DNA of 64,000 bases, from positions 1-64,000 of IMG/VR virus record IMGVR_UViG_3300032323_001417. One strand, written 5' to 3'. Below the pieces are notes generated by a model. The model saw only the letters and a list, made by a program, of their open reading frames with translations, was not told where the DNA came from and did no database searches. The stretch is from a virus. A program made the translations under genes and the position numbers. Positions 15,307 through 26,105 of the stretch are shown here, one piece after another (the stretch's first letter is position 1; every line of letters starts with the position of its first letter).

Positions 15307-15525
15307 TTAAATATTACTACTTGCAGACTTTTCATTAATAGTATCTAATTCATTAACAATCTTATAAGCCCATTGAGTAATTGCATATTCATATTTATGA
15401 TAATGATGACCACAAAACATTAATTCCCCTGAAACTCCAGTAGCAAGTACAAATGCTTGAGCACCACATCTATCACAACGATCTGCAATTTTTAATACTT
15501 TTTCTTTTACTTTAGTTTCAGGCAT
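15307..15525 (-). CDS. Actinobacterial-type Zn-finger protein (DRCDRCGAQA...LMFCGHH)
   Basis: Motif typical of a small actinobacterial family; AGGAG RBS. Confidence 0.75.
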   Translation of the reverse strand: MPETKVKEKVLKIADRCDRCGAQAFVLATGVSGELMFCGHHYHKYEYAITQWAYKIVNELDTINEKSASSNI

Positions 15526-15579
15526 TTATTACTCCTATGTTATTTATATGTTATAATTGTCATTAAGTCTTATAGGAGA

Positions 15580-15909
15580 TTGTACCATAAAATCGTGAAT
15601 AATTCAATATCTATGTTTGTCGAAAACTGGCAAATGTTTTTATCACTTACCGCCATTCTAGGCGTTGGATATGCAACCCTAAGAAAATTTGAAAGAATTC
15701 TTGGTAAAGATGAAAAAGGTAGAACTATAGCAGATCGCCTTGATCGTGTAGAGCATCAAATATTTCCAAATGGCGGATCAAGCCTGGCAGACAAGGTAAA
15801 TTGTCTAGGAGATAATCAAGGCGAAATTAAAGCAGATGTTAAACAATTAACTGGAGAAGTAAAAGTAATTCACGATGTTCTAGTGGCATATATTGCAGAT
15901 AAAAAATAA
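15580..15909 (+). CDS. Membrane protein with coiled coil (start uncertain)
   Basis: TM helix followed by ..PNGGSSLAD.. motif seen in actinophage membrane proteins. Confidence 0.6.
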   Translation: MYHKIVNNSISMFVENWQMFLSLTAILGVGYATLRKFERILGKDEKGRTIADRLDRVEHQIFPNGGSSLADKVNCLGDNQGEIKADVKQLTGEVKVIHDVLVAYIADKK

Positions 15910-15948
15910 AATAGTTTGGTATAATAAGAAAGTAAGAAATAAATAGGA

Positions 15949-16302
15949 GTGCCCAACATGACCCCAGGGCTTGTAAACTTTGTTTGTCCTCAAGGTAGTA
16001 CCTTTAGAAGGACTTTAACATACACCCTGGATAATCTTCCTGTTAATTTATCTGGATATTCTTCAAGATTACAAGTAAGACAAGCATATTATTCTGACAA
16101 TCCAATTGTTTCCCTAGTTTCTGGAAGTGGAATTACTATTGGAGGATCTGCAGGAACTATTGACATATTCATTGCAGCAAGTGCTACATCTAATTTTCCC
16201 CCAGGAAATCACGTTTATGATTTAGAAATAATCAGTCCATCCAACATTGTTGATAGATTAATCGAAGGTACATTTAATGTAACCCCAGAGGTAACAAGGT
16301 AA
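15949..16302 (+). CDS. Virion adaptor-like beta-sandwich protein
   Basis: QGSTF..., VYDLEI...RLIEGTFNVTPEVTR; paralog of 30132-30494. Confidence 0.65.
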   Translation: MPNMTPGLVNFVCPQGSTFRRTLTYTLDNLPVNLSGYSSRLQVRQAYYSDNPIVSLVSGSGITIGGSAGTIDIFIAASATSNFPPGNHVYDLEIISPSNIVDRLIEGTFNVTPEVTR

Positions 16303-16748
16303 TGGCAGAATTAAAAGTAGAAATTGATCAAGTTGTAAATAATATAACAATTGATGAAGAAAATGTAGTTATTGAATTAGGAACTTCTGGTCCACAAGGT
16401 GGAAGAGGAACTGGAATTCTTAATGGCATAACGGCTCCAAATAATACTATTGGTATTGTTGGAGATTTTTTCTTAAATACAACAAATATGAATTTGTATG
16501 GTCCAAAAACAGATTCAGGTTGGGGAAGTCCAACAGACTTAGTAGGAAGTCAAGAGCTTGGTTATGTTCACATTCAATCAGTACCCTCTGCGGTATGGAA
16601 TATAACACACGGATTAGGGTTTACCCCTAATATTACAGTAGTTGATACAGCAGGAACAGTTGTTGAGGGGTCATATAACTATCCAAATTCAAGTACTGTA
16701 GTTTTGTCCTTTATCGGAGCATTTTCGGGAAGGGCGTATTTATCGTAA
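16302..16748 (+). CDS. Minor virion protein
   Basis: GPQGGRG motif, WNITHGLGF.P module. Confidence 0.65.
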   Translation: MAELKVEIDQVVNNITIDEENVVIELGTSGPQGGRGTGILNGITAPNNTIGIVGDFFLNTTNMNLYGPKTDSGWGSPTDLVGSQELGYVHIQSVPSAVWNITHGLGFTPNITVVDTAGTVVEGSYNYPNSSTVVLSFIGAFSGRAYLS

Positions 16749-16766
16749 TGAAGGAGGTGAAAATAT

Positions 16767-18212
16767 ATGTCTAGAAAATTTTTAACAAGTATTGATCTAA
16801 ATCGTAATGAATTGCAAAACGGTGTTATCCATAATTTGGCTACAGATCCAGGTACTGGAGTTGCTGGTCAACTTTATTTTAATACCGTTGACAACACCCT
16901 AAAAATCTATAACGGAATGGGATGGGAAGCTGTTGGCTCTACTGAATTTATTGGAGACGCAGTAAATGATCTACTTGATAGTGGAACTGGAATTTCGTTA
17001 AACTATAACGATGCTGGTAACTCTCTTACAATTGCAAACACTGGCGTAACTAGCATTGCTGGTACAGCTAACGAAGTATCTGTAAGCGGATCTGCTGGTG
17101 CAGTAACAGTAAGTCTTCCAAACTCTATTACAGTAGATGTGACTGGTGCTTTAACTGGTAATGCAAGTACTGCTAGCACTTTGCAGACACCTAGATCTAT
17201 TGGTCTTGGTGGATCTTTAAGTGGTAGTGTTAGTTTTGATGGAAGTCAGAACGTAACAATTACAGCAGATATCGTAGCAGATTCAGTTGCTCTTGGTGCA
17301 GATACAACTGGTGATTATGTAGCAGGTGCAAGTGCATCTGGTGCAGGTATCAGTGTAACTGGTTCAGGTGGTGAAGGTTCAACTCTAACTATTTCTAACA
17401 CTGGTGTTACATCTCTTTCAGGAACAGCTAATGAAGTAACTGTTTCAGCATCTGCTGGAGCAATTACAATTGGTCTTCCAGATGATGTAACAATCGGAGG
17501 AAATCTTGGTGTAACTGGAAATCTAACTGTAAGCGGAAGCGTAACAACTCTAAATACAGAAACTTTGCTAGTTGAGGATAATCAAATTACCCTTAATAGC
17601 AATGTAACTGGAGTTCCTGCAGCAAATGCAGGTCTTGAAGTTGAGCGTGGTGATTCAACCAATGCTTCTTTAATTTGGAATGAATCATCTGATAAATGGT
17701 CAGCTGGACTTCTTGGTAGCGAAACTGCTATCTCTCTTGAAGGTCACGTCCATGCAACATCTGATATAACTGGATTACAGGAGTATGTTGAAGATACAGT
17801 TGGCACAATGCTAACAGACTCTTCAACAGTTGATTTCACATATTCAGATAATTCTGGAAGTGCTGGAACATTCACTGCTGGTATCATTACAGCTTCAACA
17901 AGCTATTTGACAACTGGTAGTGGTCTTGCTGTTGATATTTCTTCTGTAGAGTCAAAGTTAATAACTGATGGATTCCCAAAGAAATATGCAGCTAATAACA
18001 CATCGCTAACATCAACTAGTGGAGTATGTACCTGGACTGTAACACACAACCTTGCAACTAAGGATGTAACAGTTCAAGTATATGAAGTTGCTGCTGATTA
18101 TAATCAGGTAGAAGTAGATGTACAACATACATCAACATCTGCTATAACTATTAAAATTAATAGTGCAACAACAATTGCTGCTGACACATATCGTGTTGTA
18201 GTAATTGGATAA
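16767..18212 (+). CDS. Tail fibre/structural protein
   Basis: G/S/T-rich repeats GVTS..GTANEV.VS.SAGA; AGGAGG RBS. Confidence 0.7.
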   Translation: MSRKFLTSIDLNRNELQNGVIHNLATDPGTGVAGQLYFNTVDNTLKIYNGMGWEAVGSTEFIGDAVNDLLDSGTGISLNYNDAGNSLTIANTGVTSIAGTANEVSVSGSAGAVTVSLPNSITVDVTGALTGNASTASTLQTPRSIGLGGSLSGSVSFDGSQNVTITADIVADSVALGADTTGDYVAGASASGAGISVTGSGGEGSTLTISNTGVTSLSGTANEVTVSASAGAITIGLPDDVTIGGNLGVTGNLTVSGSVTTLNTETLLVEDNQITLNSNVTGVPAANAGLEVERGDSTNASLIWNESSDKWSAGLLGSETAISLEGHVHATSDITGLQEYVEDTVGTMLTDSSTVDFTYSDNSGSAGTFTAGIITASTSYLTTGSGLAVDISSVESKLITDGFPKKYAANNTSLTSTSGVCTWTVTHNLATKDVTVQVYEVAADYNQVEVDVQHTSTSAITIKINSATTIAADTYRVVVIG

Positions 18213-18227
18213 AGTATAATATAATGT

Positions 18228-18253
18228 GGGGGGCTAGATTAAACCCTAGCCCC
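18228..18253 (+). terminator. Intergenic hairpin
   Basis: GGGGCTAG/CTAGCCCC stem. Confidence 0.45.
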
Positions 18254-18271
18254 TCATATTAGAAGGAAAAA

Positions 18272-21200
18272 ATGGCAAAGAAATTTTTAACAGGATTAAA
18301 TTTAGTAGTATTGAACTCAGATCCAGCTACTGGCTCTGAAGGTGAGCTATATTTTAATTCTTCAGCATCTGTTGCAAAGATTTACCAAGCAGGAGCTTGG
18401 TCAGTCCTTGGTGCAGGTGGTGGAGGTACAACCGTTAGCACAACAGAACCACCATCCCCAGAAATCGGGGATTCTTGGTATAAAAATGATACTGGTGAAT
18501 TTTATGTATATGATGGAACTTATTGGGTAGAAGTAAATGGAGTTATAGCATCTGAATCCTTTAAAACAATTTCAGTATCTGGTCAATCAGATGTGGTAGC
18601 CGATTCAAATACGGATACATTAACTTTGGTTGCAGGTACAAATGTATCTATTACAACAAATTCTACCAATGATTCTATTACTATCAATGCTGATTCTAAG
18701 TCAACTAGTTCTGTTTATTTAGTTAGAAACAATACTGGTTCAACAATATTAAAAGGAACCTTGGTTTCTGCTTCAGGGGCAGAACCTAGCGGAAGAATAG
18801 ACGTAGAGCCTTTTGCAGCAGTTGGTGGAATTAACTCAGAACTAACTGTTATGGGAATGGCTACTGCAAATATTTCTAACGGTGTTAATGGAGAAGTAAT
18901 AAGTTTTGGAACTTTGACTGGATTAGATACTAGAGGTGATGTTGCTAGTGGTATAGCTGTTGGCGATGAAACATGGGCTGCAGGAGATATTCTTTTTGCT
19001 CATCCAACCGTTGCTGGAAAACTTACTAAGGTAAGACCACAGCATGACCTTGCCGTTGCTTTTATTACAGTTCGTCACGCATCCACTGGACAAATTGCAG
19101 TAAGAATTGTTCCAGGAAACAATCATTTAGAATGGATGCATGATGTTTTAATTTCTGGATCTGTTCAAAATAATGAAATATTGTCATATGATTTATCAAA
19201 TGGTTTATGGATAAATAAAACAGCAAATGAATCTGGAATTGCAACAACTGAAGATTTATCAGAATATTTAACAACTAGTTCAGCAGCTGTTTTATATCAG
19301 CCTTTTAGTGTAAGACTTTTTAATCTAACAGCTTTAGAGGGTGCTCCTGGAGTATTACGTTCAGATGGGGGTCTTGGATGGAGTTTAGATCCAACAGAAT
19401 TCCTTTCAACTTTTAATGCATCTTCAACCTATTTAACTCAAGTAGATGCATCTGATATTTATTTAACCCAGGTGGATGCAGGAAATACCTATTTAACATC
19501 AGGTTCTGCAAATTCTTTATATCAACCATTAGATGCAGACTTGACTACAATTGCAGCACTATCAGGATCTTCAGGGTTTTTAAAGAAAAATATTTTTGAT
19601 AATTGGGTAATAGATAGTAACACATATTTAACAACTTATGATGCTTCAACTCTTTATCAAACAACTGGAGATTATGCAACAATTAGTGGAGTTGAAACTT
19701 TATCAAATAAAACAATGAGTGTTGCTTTTATTAGTGGTAATATGACTTTTAATGATATTGATTACCAACATACTATTTCTTCAGGATCAAATAATCTTAC
19801 AATTACTGGATATAATGATCTAAATCTAGTTTCTGCTAATGGAAGCATTGTTTTACAACCAGATGAATTTGTAAAAATATATGATGAACATGTTGCTACA
19901 CAAGAATGGGTAGATTTTCAAGACTACTTAACACAGGTTAGTGCCTCTACAATATATCAGCCAATTGGATCATATTCTACAACTTCTCATAATCACACTT
20001 TAGATAGTCTTTCAAATGTTGTAATTACTGGAACTCCATCAGATGGACAGGCAATTGTTTGGGATACTTCTACTTCAAAGTGGGTAAATGAAACAGTTTC
20101 TGGTGGAGCATCTTATCCAGATCAAACTGGTAACGATGGAAAATTCTTGCAAACAAATAGTGGAAGTGTGTCTTGGCAAAATGTTAACCTTACTGGATAT
20201 CTAACAGAAACTTCAGCTTCTACTACTTACCTAACTAAAGCATCTGCTTCAACTACATATCAACCTGCTGGAAGTTACTTAACATCAGAGTCAGATACTT
20301 TTGAAACTGTTACTGATAGAGGTGCGTCTTCTACAAATGCTATTACAATTAGCAATACAACAGAGGCTACTAATGCTACTACAGGTGCTTTAATTGTGTC
20401 TGGTGGTGTTGGCGTAGCAAAAGATCTTTGGATTGATGGAAATTTACATGTTGCTGGAACTACAACAACTGAAAATACCAAGACAGTAGCAACTCATGAT
20501 AATTTAATTTATTTAAATGCTGCACTTGATTCAACTATTACAAATGCAGTTTTTTCAAGTGGGTCTATAACTTATACTGCAGAAAATTTATATACTGCTG
20601 GAATGGATATTAGAATTACTGGAGTAAGTCCATCAGCGTTTAATATATCTTCTGGAGATTTATTAACAGTTGCTTCTGCAACCCCTACACAGTTTGTTGT
20701 TATAAAATCAGATCCAGGAGCATCTTATATTTCTGGTGGAACTGCACACGCAAAAGAAGAGGCTAATTCAGATTTAGGATTTGCAGGTGGATACTACTCA
20801 GGTGGGTATGCTCACGCAGGTTTATTTAGAGACGCATCTGATGGAGTATTTAAATTCTTCCAAGGATATACCCCAGAGCCAGATGAAGCAGTAAATATTG
20901 ACACTACTCACGCATCATTTGCTTTAGCAGATATTTCTATAAATAGAATTATTCCAGGATCTAGTGGATATAATCCTAACAATTTTGGAATCGGACAGTA
21001 TGCTCTTGATAGTTTTGATGTATATGGTTACGAAAATTTTGCCATTGGTACATCTGCCCTTGGCTCTGGTGTTGGATTTAAAAACTATGCATTTGGAGAT
21101 ACTGCAGGACTATCCCTTAATGGATATTATAACTATGCAATTGGAAATAGTGCCCTGATCCTTGCTACTGGAGAGCATAACTATGCTTTTGGCTTAAGTG

Positions 21201-22123
21201 CACTAGCTAGTAATGTTGATGGTATACGAAACTATGCTGTTGGACAATCTGCATTAACAAGTAATTCTGGAAACTATAACTACGCTTTTGGAAGTTCTGC
21301 TGGATCATCTAATACTGGAGACAACAACCTATTCTTAGGAAAGGATGCTGGATATAAAAATAGTATAGAAAACTCTGGAGACTACAATGTTTATATTGGT
21401 AAATCAGAAGGTCTTTCAACAAGTAATAATATAGTTATTGCAGATAATGAAGGCAATATAAGAGCACAATATTTATCTGCAAGTTCTGGATGGACTTTAG
21501 GTAACATAGTTTCTGGAACTTGGAATGGATCAACAATTGGATATCAGTACGGTGGAACTGGTCTTACAACTCTTGGAACTGCTGGTCAAGTTCTTACTGT
21601 AAATGCAGGAGCTACAGCCTTAGAATGGGCAGATGCTTCTGGAGGCTCTTCATTTACAAATTCTTCAGAATTAGCAGCACTGTTATCAGATGAAACTGGA
21701 AGTGGATCTGTAGTATTTTCTAATTCACCAACTCTTACTACTCCAAATATTGGAGCAGCAACTGGAACCTCTTTGACCACAACTGGAAATGTTATTTCAC
21801 ATGTTGATATTTCAACACCTACATTTGTTACAAACTCATATACCATCACATCTACTGATGATGGAAAACTTTTAATGCTAAATAATTCTACAACAGCTGG
21901 AAATCTTTTGATTCCAACAGATGCCACTTTTAATTTTCCAATTGGAACACAGATAAACGTTGTTCAGCAAGGCACTGGATTAATTACAGTAGGTGCAGTA
22001 ACTCCAGCAACAACAACAATAAATGCCACACCTGGTAAAAAGCTTAGAGCACAATGGTCTTCAGCAGCAATTGTTAAAACTGCAGCAAATACTTGGTTGT
22101 TAATGGGAGACCTTACGGTATAA
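18272..22123 (+). CDS. Long tail fibre protein
   Basis: Mosaic fibre modules, NYAxG beta-roll repeats, C-terminal domain shared with 12276-13043. Confidence 0.75.
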   Translation: MAKKFLTGLNLVVLNSDPATGSEGELYFNSSASVAKIYQAGAWSVLGAGGGGTTVSTTEPPSPEIGDSWYKNDTGEFYVYDGTYWVEVNGVIASESFKTISVSGQSDVVADSNTDTLTLVAGTNVSITTNSTNDSITINADSKSTSSVYLVRNNTGSTILKGTLVSASGAEPSGRIDVEPFAAVGGINSELTVMGMATANISNGVNGEVISFGTLTGLDTRGDVASGIAVGDETWAAGDILFAHPTVAGKLTKVRPQHDLAVAFITVRHASTGQIAVRIVPGNNHLEWMHDVLISGSVQNNEILSYDLSNGLWINKTANESGIATTEDLSEYLTTSSAAVLYQPFSVRLFNLTALEGAPGVLRSDGGLGWSLDPTEFLSTFNASSTYLTQVDASDIYLTQVDAGNTYLTSGSANSLYQPLDADLTTIAALSGSSGFLKKNIFDNWVIDSNTYLTTYDASTLYQTTGDYATISGVETLSNKTMSVAFISGNMTFNDIDYQHTISSGSNNLTITGYNDLNLVSANGSIVLQPDEFVKIYDEHVATQEWVDFQDYLTQVSASTIYQPIGSYSTTSHNHTLDSLSNVVITGTPSDGQAIVWDTSTSKWVNETVSGGASYPDQTGNDGKFLQTNSGSVSWQNVNLTGYLTETSASTTYLTKASASTTYQPAGSYLTSESDTFETVTDRGASSTNAITISNTTEATNATTGALIVSGGVGVAKDLWIDGNLHVAGTTTTENTKTVATHDNLIYLNAALDSTITNAVFSSGSITYTAENLYTAGMDIRITGVSPSAFNISSGDLLTVASATPTQFVVIKSDPGASYISGGTAHAKEEANSDLGFAGGYYSGGYAHAGLFRDASDGVFKFFQGYTPEPDEAVNIDTTHASFALADISINRIIPGSSGYNPNNFGIGQYALDSFDVYGYENFAIGTSALGSGVGFKNYAFGDTAGLSLNGYYNYAIGNSALILATGEHNYAFGLSALASNVDGIRNYAVGQSALTSNSGNYNYAFGSSAGSSNTGDNNLFLGKDAGYKNSIENSGDYNVYIGKSEGLSTSNNIVIADNEGNIRAQYLSASSGWTLGNIVSGTWNGSTIGYQYGGTGLTTLGTAGQVLTVNAGATALEWADASGGSSFTNSSELAALLSDETGSGSVVFSNSPTLTTPNIGAATGTSLTTTGNVISHVDISTPTFVTNSYTITSTDDGKLLMLNNSTTAGNLLIPTDATFNFPIGTQINVVQQGTGLITVGAVTPATTTINATPGKKLRAQWSSAAIVKTAANTWLLMGDLTV

Positions 22124-22130
22124 TAAAATT

Positions 22131-23174
22131 ATGAGACTAAGACTTATAGGATCTGTTGCACAGTCAACAAGAAAAATATTTAGAGATACCTTTAATAGAG
22201 CTAACCAAACTGGTATTGGAACATCCTCTGATGGATCAACATGGAATATAATTAGAGGTTCTTTTAACATTACCTCTGATAAAGCAGATGGTCAAACTCC
22301 AGCAAATTATCCATTAGCTTCAGTTGATATGCCAAAAGAAGAAGTCACCATTAGCTTAAGTGGTGTTACGCAAGGTTCAACTGCAGCACTATGGGTTACA
22401 GATGGTGGAAACTGGTTCGGAGTTGGAATTGACCAAGAAACTATAACTTGCAACTGTCAAACTTGCTCAACTCCAGGAAACTGTGCCAATACTAATTATG
22501 TTTGTAATGCAGCTTCTTATCCTTGTAATGCAGCTTCTTATCCTTGTAATGCAGCTTCTTATCCTTGTAATGGTGGAAGCTATTTCTGTGATGTTGTTGG
22601 AAATAGATTTTGTAGATCTTACAGTAGTCCTTGCAATATGATGAGTACACCATTTAGTCCATGCACTGCTTGGTCTAGATCATGTACTGGTGGATATAAT
22701 ACTGGAAACTGTAATGGTTCAAACTCTATGTTTTCATGTAACGCTTATGGAACTGTATGTAATGCGTATGGTTCTGTATGTAACGCATATTCTACTGTCT
22801 GTAATTCAGCATCATATCCATGTGCAGCCTGGAATGCAACAACATTTTTCACTTGTAATTGTCAAACATGCTATCCTCAATATATTAGATTTATACAATC
22901 TGTTGCAAACACAATTACACAGTTAACCAGCTGGACAGTTGCAAGTGTTATTCAATCTTTTAAGGTAATTATATCTTCTATAAATCCAGCAAAAACTTCT
23001 GGAACTGCTACAATTAAACCTTATTCAGATACTAATCTTTCTACACAAATTGGATCAGATTTAACTTATACCCCAACTGGAGTTGCAATTAATGCAAAAT
23101 ATGGTATAATGATTAAACCTTCAAGTTATTCTCAAGGAACAACCATTGATGAAATAACTATAGAGACTAATTAG
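22131..23174 (+). CDS. Virion protein with Cys-heptad insert
   Basis: DTFNRAN N-terminal module; CNAASYP/CNAYGTV repeats. Confidence 0.7.
   Translation: MRLRLIGSVAQSTRKIFRDTFNRANQTGIGTSSDGSTWNIIRGSFNITSDKADGQTPANYPLASVDMPKEEVTISLSGVTQGSTAALWVTDGGNWFGVGIDQETITCNCQTCSTPGNCANTNYVCNAASYPCNAASYPCNAASYPCNGGSYFCDVVGNRFCRSYSSPCNMMSTPFSPCTAWSRSCTGGYNTGNCNGSNSMFSCNAYGTVCNAYGSVCNAYSTVCNSASYPCAAWNATTFFTCNCQTCYPQYIRFIQSVANTITQLTSWTVASVIQSFKVIISSINPAKTSGTATIKPYSDTNLSTQIGSDLTYTPTGVAINAKYGIMIKPSSYSQGTTIDEITIETN
22504..22572 (+). repeat. 21-bp tandem repeat (TGTAATGCAGCTTCTTATCCT x3+)
   Basis: Directly visible; encodes CNAASYP. Confidence 0.9.
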
Positions 23175-23186
23175 GAGAATGTTGTT

Positions 23187-23447
23187 ATGACAGAACAAAA
23201 TGATTTACCAGAGGTTCCAAACCTAGTTGCTCCAAAATACGATGTCACTGCATTCCCATATGATATTGCTTTAATTATTGACGACACTATTTTTCAGATA
23301 ATGAATGTAGATGGTCAACAGGCTGCACAATTTTTATCGCAGCCAAAATTTGTAAGAGTACTTCCTGGAGATTTTGCTAAAATTGGTTGGAAGTATGTTG
23401 ATGGAAAATTTGTTTATCCAGGTGAATCAGAAATAGAAGGATTCTAG
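23187..23447 (+). CDS. Small fibre-associated protein; paralog of 24164-24487
   Basis: Shared A.I.D...I M....AA..LSQP..V...IGW.Y pattern. Confidence 0.7.
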   Translation: MTEQNDLPEVPNLVAPKYDVTAFPYDIALIIDDTIFQIMNVDGQQAAQFLSQPKFVRVLPGDFAKIGWKYVDGKFVYPGESEIEGF

Positions 23448-23459
23448 TAGGAGCATGTT

Positions 23460-24164
23460 TTGAAATTAATACATTTTGTATGCTCAGAGTCCATGGAAAT
23501 TGGAAAACCAGAATTAATTAAAAAATTTATTCCAGAATGGTATAAAAAAGCAGAAACACATTTTTCTTCAGAAGAAGATCTTGCAATTGAGGAAGGTACT
23601 CAAAAAATGAGTGCTGGATTAAAAACATGTGTACCATTCTTAGACGCTATGTTGTCTGGATATGCATTAGTAACACCATTTGACATATATGTTGGAAGAA
23701 AAGAAGAAGATCTAGATTTAAGATGGAATGCCCCACAGGGTTGGGAAAACTTTGTTTCTGAAAGACCAAAAGAATCTGGATCAACTATGCCAAGACCAGC
23801 AGGTCATGCACCAAATCACCTAGTTTGGTCAGGTAGATGGGGAATAAAGCTTCCAAGAGGATACAGTGCACTTGTAACACATCCTTTAAATAGACAAGAC
23901 TTGCCTTTTACAACATCTTCTGCAATAATGGATAGCGATAAGTTTTTTGGAAATGGAAATATACCATTTTTTATAAAAGAAGATTTTATAGGGGTTATAG
24001 AAAAAGGAACACCTTTTGCTCAAATCATTCCTATTAAAAGAAAAAAGTGGAAAATGATTCATAACTCTGCCCTAAAAGATACTATTCAAAAACATGGACA
24101 CGATGTTAGGAAAAAAGAGGGAACTTATAAAAAGAAATATTGGAGTAGGAAGGAATATTTTTAA
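23460..24164 (+). CDS. DUF6065-like hypothetical protein
   Basis: PEWYK, KTCVPFLDA..GY, HPLNR, GTPFAQIIP; paralog of 24477-25139. Confidence 0.65.
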   Translation: MKLIHFVCSESMEIGKPELIKKFIPEWYKKAETHFSSEEDLAIEEGTQKMSAGLKTCVPFLDAMLSGYALVTPFDIYVGRKEEDLDLRWNAPQGWENFVSERPKESGSTMPRPAGHAPNHLVWSGRWGIKLPRGYSALVTHPLNRQDLPFTTSSAIMDSDKFFGNGNIPFFIKEDFIGVIEKGTPFAQIIPIKRKKWKMIHNSALKDTIQKHGHDVRKKEGTYKKKYWSRKEYF

Positions 24165-24487
24165 TGTCAGGTACTCATGATCATAATGATGGTATAAGAG
24201 TTTTAACTACTAGAGAAATTGTTAGAGACTTTTTTACTAGAAGAAGAAAATATCGTAGTAAAATTTCTTTAGATTCAAATGCTATTCCACCAGCCCCACC
24301 AGAGTCTAAGATAAATCATTTAGCAATTATTTTAGATGGAGAAGTTCAGGAAATTATGAGAGCACAAAATAGATTAGCTGCCTTACTCTTAAGTCAGCCA
24401 CTAATTGTAGAATTTGATCCTGAACAGGTTAAGCCAAATATTGGATGGTCCTATAAAGAAGAAGAATTTTCTCAATATGGGGAATAA
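24164..24487 (+). CDS. Hypothetical protein; paralog of 23187-23447
   Basis: ORF track; shared motif. Confidence 0.7.
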   Translation: MSGTHDHNDGIRVLTTREIVRDFFTRRRKYRSKISLDSNAIPPAPPESKINHLAIILDGEVQEIMRAQNRLAALLLSQPLIVEFDPEQVKPNIGWSYKEEEFSQYGE

Positions 24488-25139
24488 AAGTATTAGATTT
24501 ACTTCATGTCTTCCACACATAGAAGTTCCTTCACCAGTTCCATCAAGTAGACTTGTTCCAGAATGGTACAGGAAGCTGCCAGGTGCTGCAGATAAAATTG
24601 AGACAGTAAAAAAGTGTGTACCAGTTCTAGATGCCCTAACTTCTGGTTATATGATTACTCTGCCAGTAGATGTTCATTTTAATAAAGATGAAAATTCTTT
24701 TTGGTATGATTGTCCATTTGAAATAAATTCAGATCATTATTTGTCACAAACTCAAGGCGTAGATATTGGAGATGAGTTTGAAGAGCAACCTCATAAATGG
24801 ATAAATCAGTGGCTTATTGAAACTCCAAAAGGATATAGTTGCTTATTTATTCATCCATTAAATAGGATGGATCTTCCCTTTAGGTCGTTTACTGGAATAG
24901 TTGATACAGATAAGCATCCAATTATAATCAATTTTCCATTCGTTATGAAAAAAGATTTTTCTGGAGTAATTCCAGCAGGTACTCCAATCATTCAAATTAT
25001 TCCATTTAAAAGAGATAATTGGTCAATGAATGTAGTTGACGACAAGCCATTTAAAGAACATCCAGAAGCTCATGAGGTAGAGAATCCTCCATTTAACTGG
25101 TATAAAAGAAAATGGTGGACTAGAAAGACATATTCTTAA
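24477..25139 (+). CDS. DUF6065-like hypothetical protein
   Basis: PEWYR, KKCVPVLDA..GY, HPLNR, GTPIIQIIP; start revised. Confidence 0.65.
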   Translation: MGNKSIRFTSCLPHIEVPSPVPSSRLVPEWYRKLPGAADKIETVKKCVPVLDALTSGYMITLPVDVHFNKDENSFWYDCPFEINSDHYLSQTQGVDIGDEFEEQPHKWINQWLIETPKGYSCLFIHPLNRMDLPFRSFTGIVDTDKHPIIINFPFVMKKDFSGVIPAGTPIIQIIPFKRDNWSMNVVDDKPFKEHPEAHEVENPPFNWYKRKWWTRKTYS

Positions 25140-26104
25140 TGGAAAGTATTTACATAGCTATACCATCAATGGCTGACACTGAAACAAGTGCTACTGTAAG
25201 AAATGCCATAGAGTCTGCAGAGTACCCAGAAAGAGTTTTTGTTGGAGTGTCCTTTAAAGATCTGAATAAAAAAGAATACAAGAGAGTGCTTTCTCTAAAA
25301 GAAGAATATCCAAATATTTCTGTAGAGTTTATCAAACTTAAAAAAAGAAAAGTTTCAGAGTACGGTACTGGAGATGGTAGATTTAGAGCACAGCAAATGT
25401 ACTCTGATCAAGATTATATGCTTCAGGTAGACTCCCACACCTATTTTGATAAAAACTGGGATTCTTATTTAATAAAACTATTTAAAGAATTTAAAGATCA
25501 AAGCAATATAGAAAAGTTTGTTTTAACTTCATACATTCCATATTATTCATATCAGCCAGAAAGATCCAGACACCCTGGAGAGCTTTCTTTACCAAGATAC
25601 CCTCATTTAATTGTTGATGATTTTTTCTTAAGGTATTTGCCAAAATGGGATGATAACCCAATTCCAGAAAATTCTAAATTAGACAAGTTTGTTCCATGTG
25701 TAAAGTTTAACGGAGCCTTCGCTTTTGGAGATAAAAACTTTGCCAACAATACTGGTGTATTTAAAGATGCAATATTTTATGATGAAGAGTTAATTCAAAG
25801 TATTAATTTAGTTGGAAATGATTTTGCTTTAGTATTTTTGAATATAAAAGATTTTCCAATAGCACACCTATACTCTGAAGATATAAATGAATTTGGTGGA
25901 GAAAGAACGTATTTTGGAGATCTTTTGAGTGCAAGAAAACAAGAAGAGGTTGCAGACAAAGCAATATCTAACTACTTAAACTTTATAGCAAATCCAGAAA
26001 ACAAAGAGCTAGTTGCAAAATATGAAAAATATGCTAAAATGGATTGTAGACGTGGACCGCTTTTAAGCAACTATATCCCAAAAGATTTTATTGTTAAGGA
26101 ATGA
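25139..26104 (+). CDS. GT-A glycosyltransferase, similar to protein GlcNAc-transferase family
   Basis: IYIAIPS..D, A.YPERVFVGV, LQVDSH..F..NWD motifs. Confidence 0.65.
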   Translation: MESIYIAIPSMADTETSATVRNAIESAEYPERVFVGVSFKDLNKKEYKRVLSLKEEYPNISVEFIKLKKRKVSEYGTGDGRFRAQQMYSDQDYMLQVDSHTYFDKNWDSYLIKLFKEFKDQSNIEKFVLTSYIPYYSYQPERSRHPGELSLPRYPHLIVDDFFLRYLPKWDDNPIPENSKLDKFVPCVKFNGAFAFGDKNFANNTGVFKDAIFYDEELIQSINLVGNDFALVFLNIKDFPIAHLYSEDINEFGGERTYFGDLLSARKQEEVADKAISNYLNFIANPENKELVAKYEKYAKMDCRRGPLLSNYIPKDFIVKE

Positions 26105-26105
26105 T

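Noticed and set aside
22504-22572. 21-bp tandem repeat as CRISPR
   Set aside because: No spacers; in-frame coding repeat.
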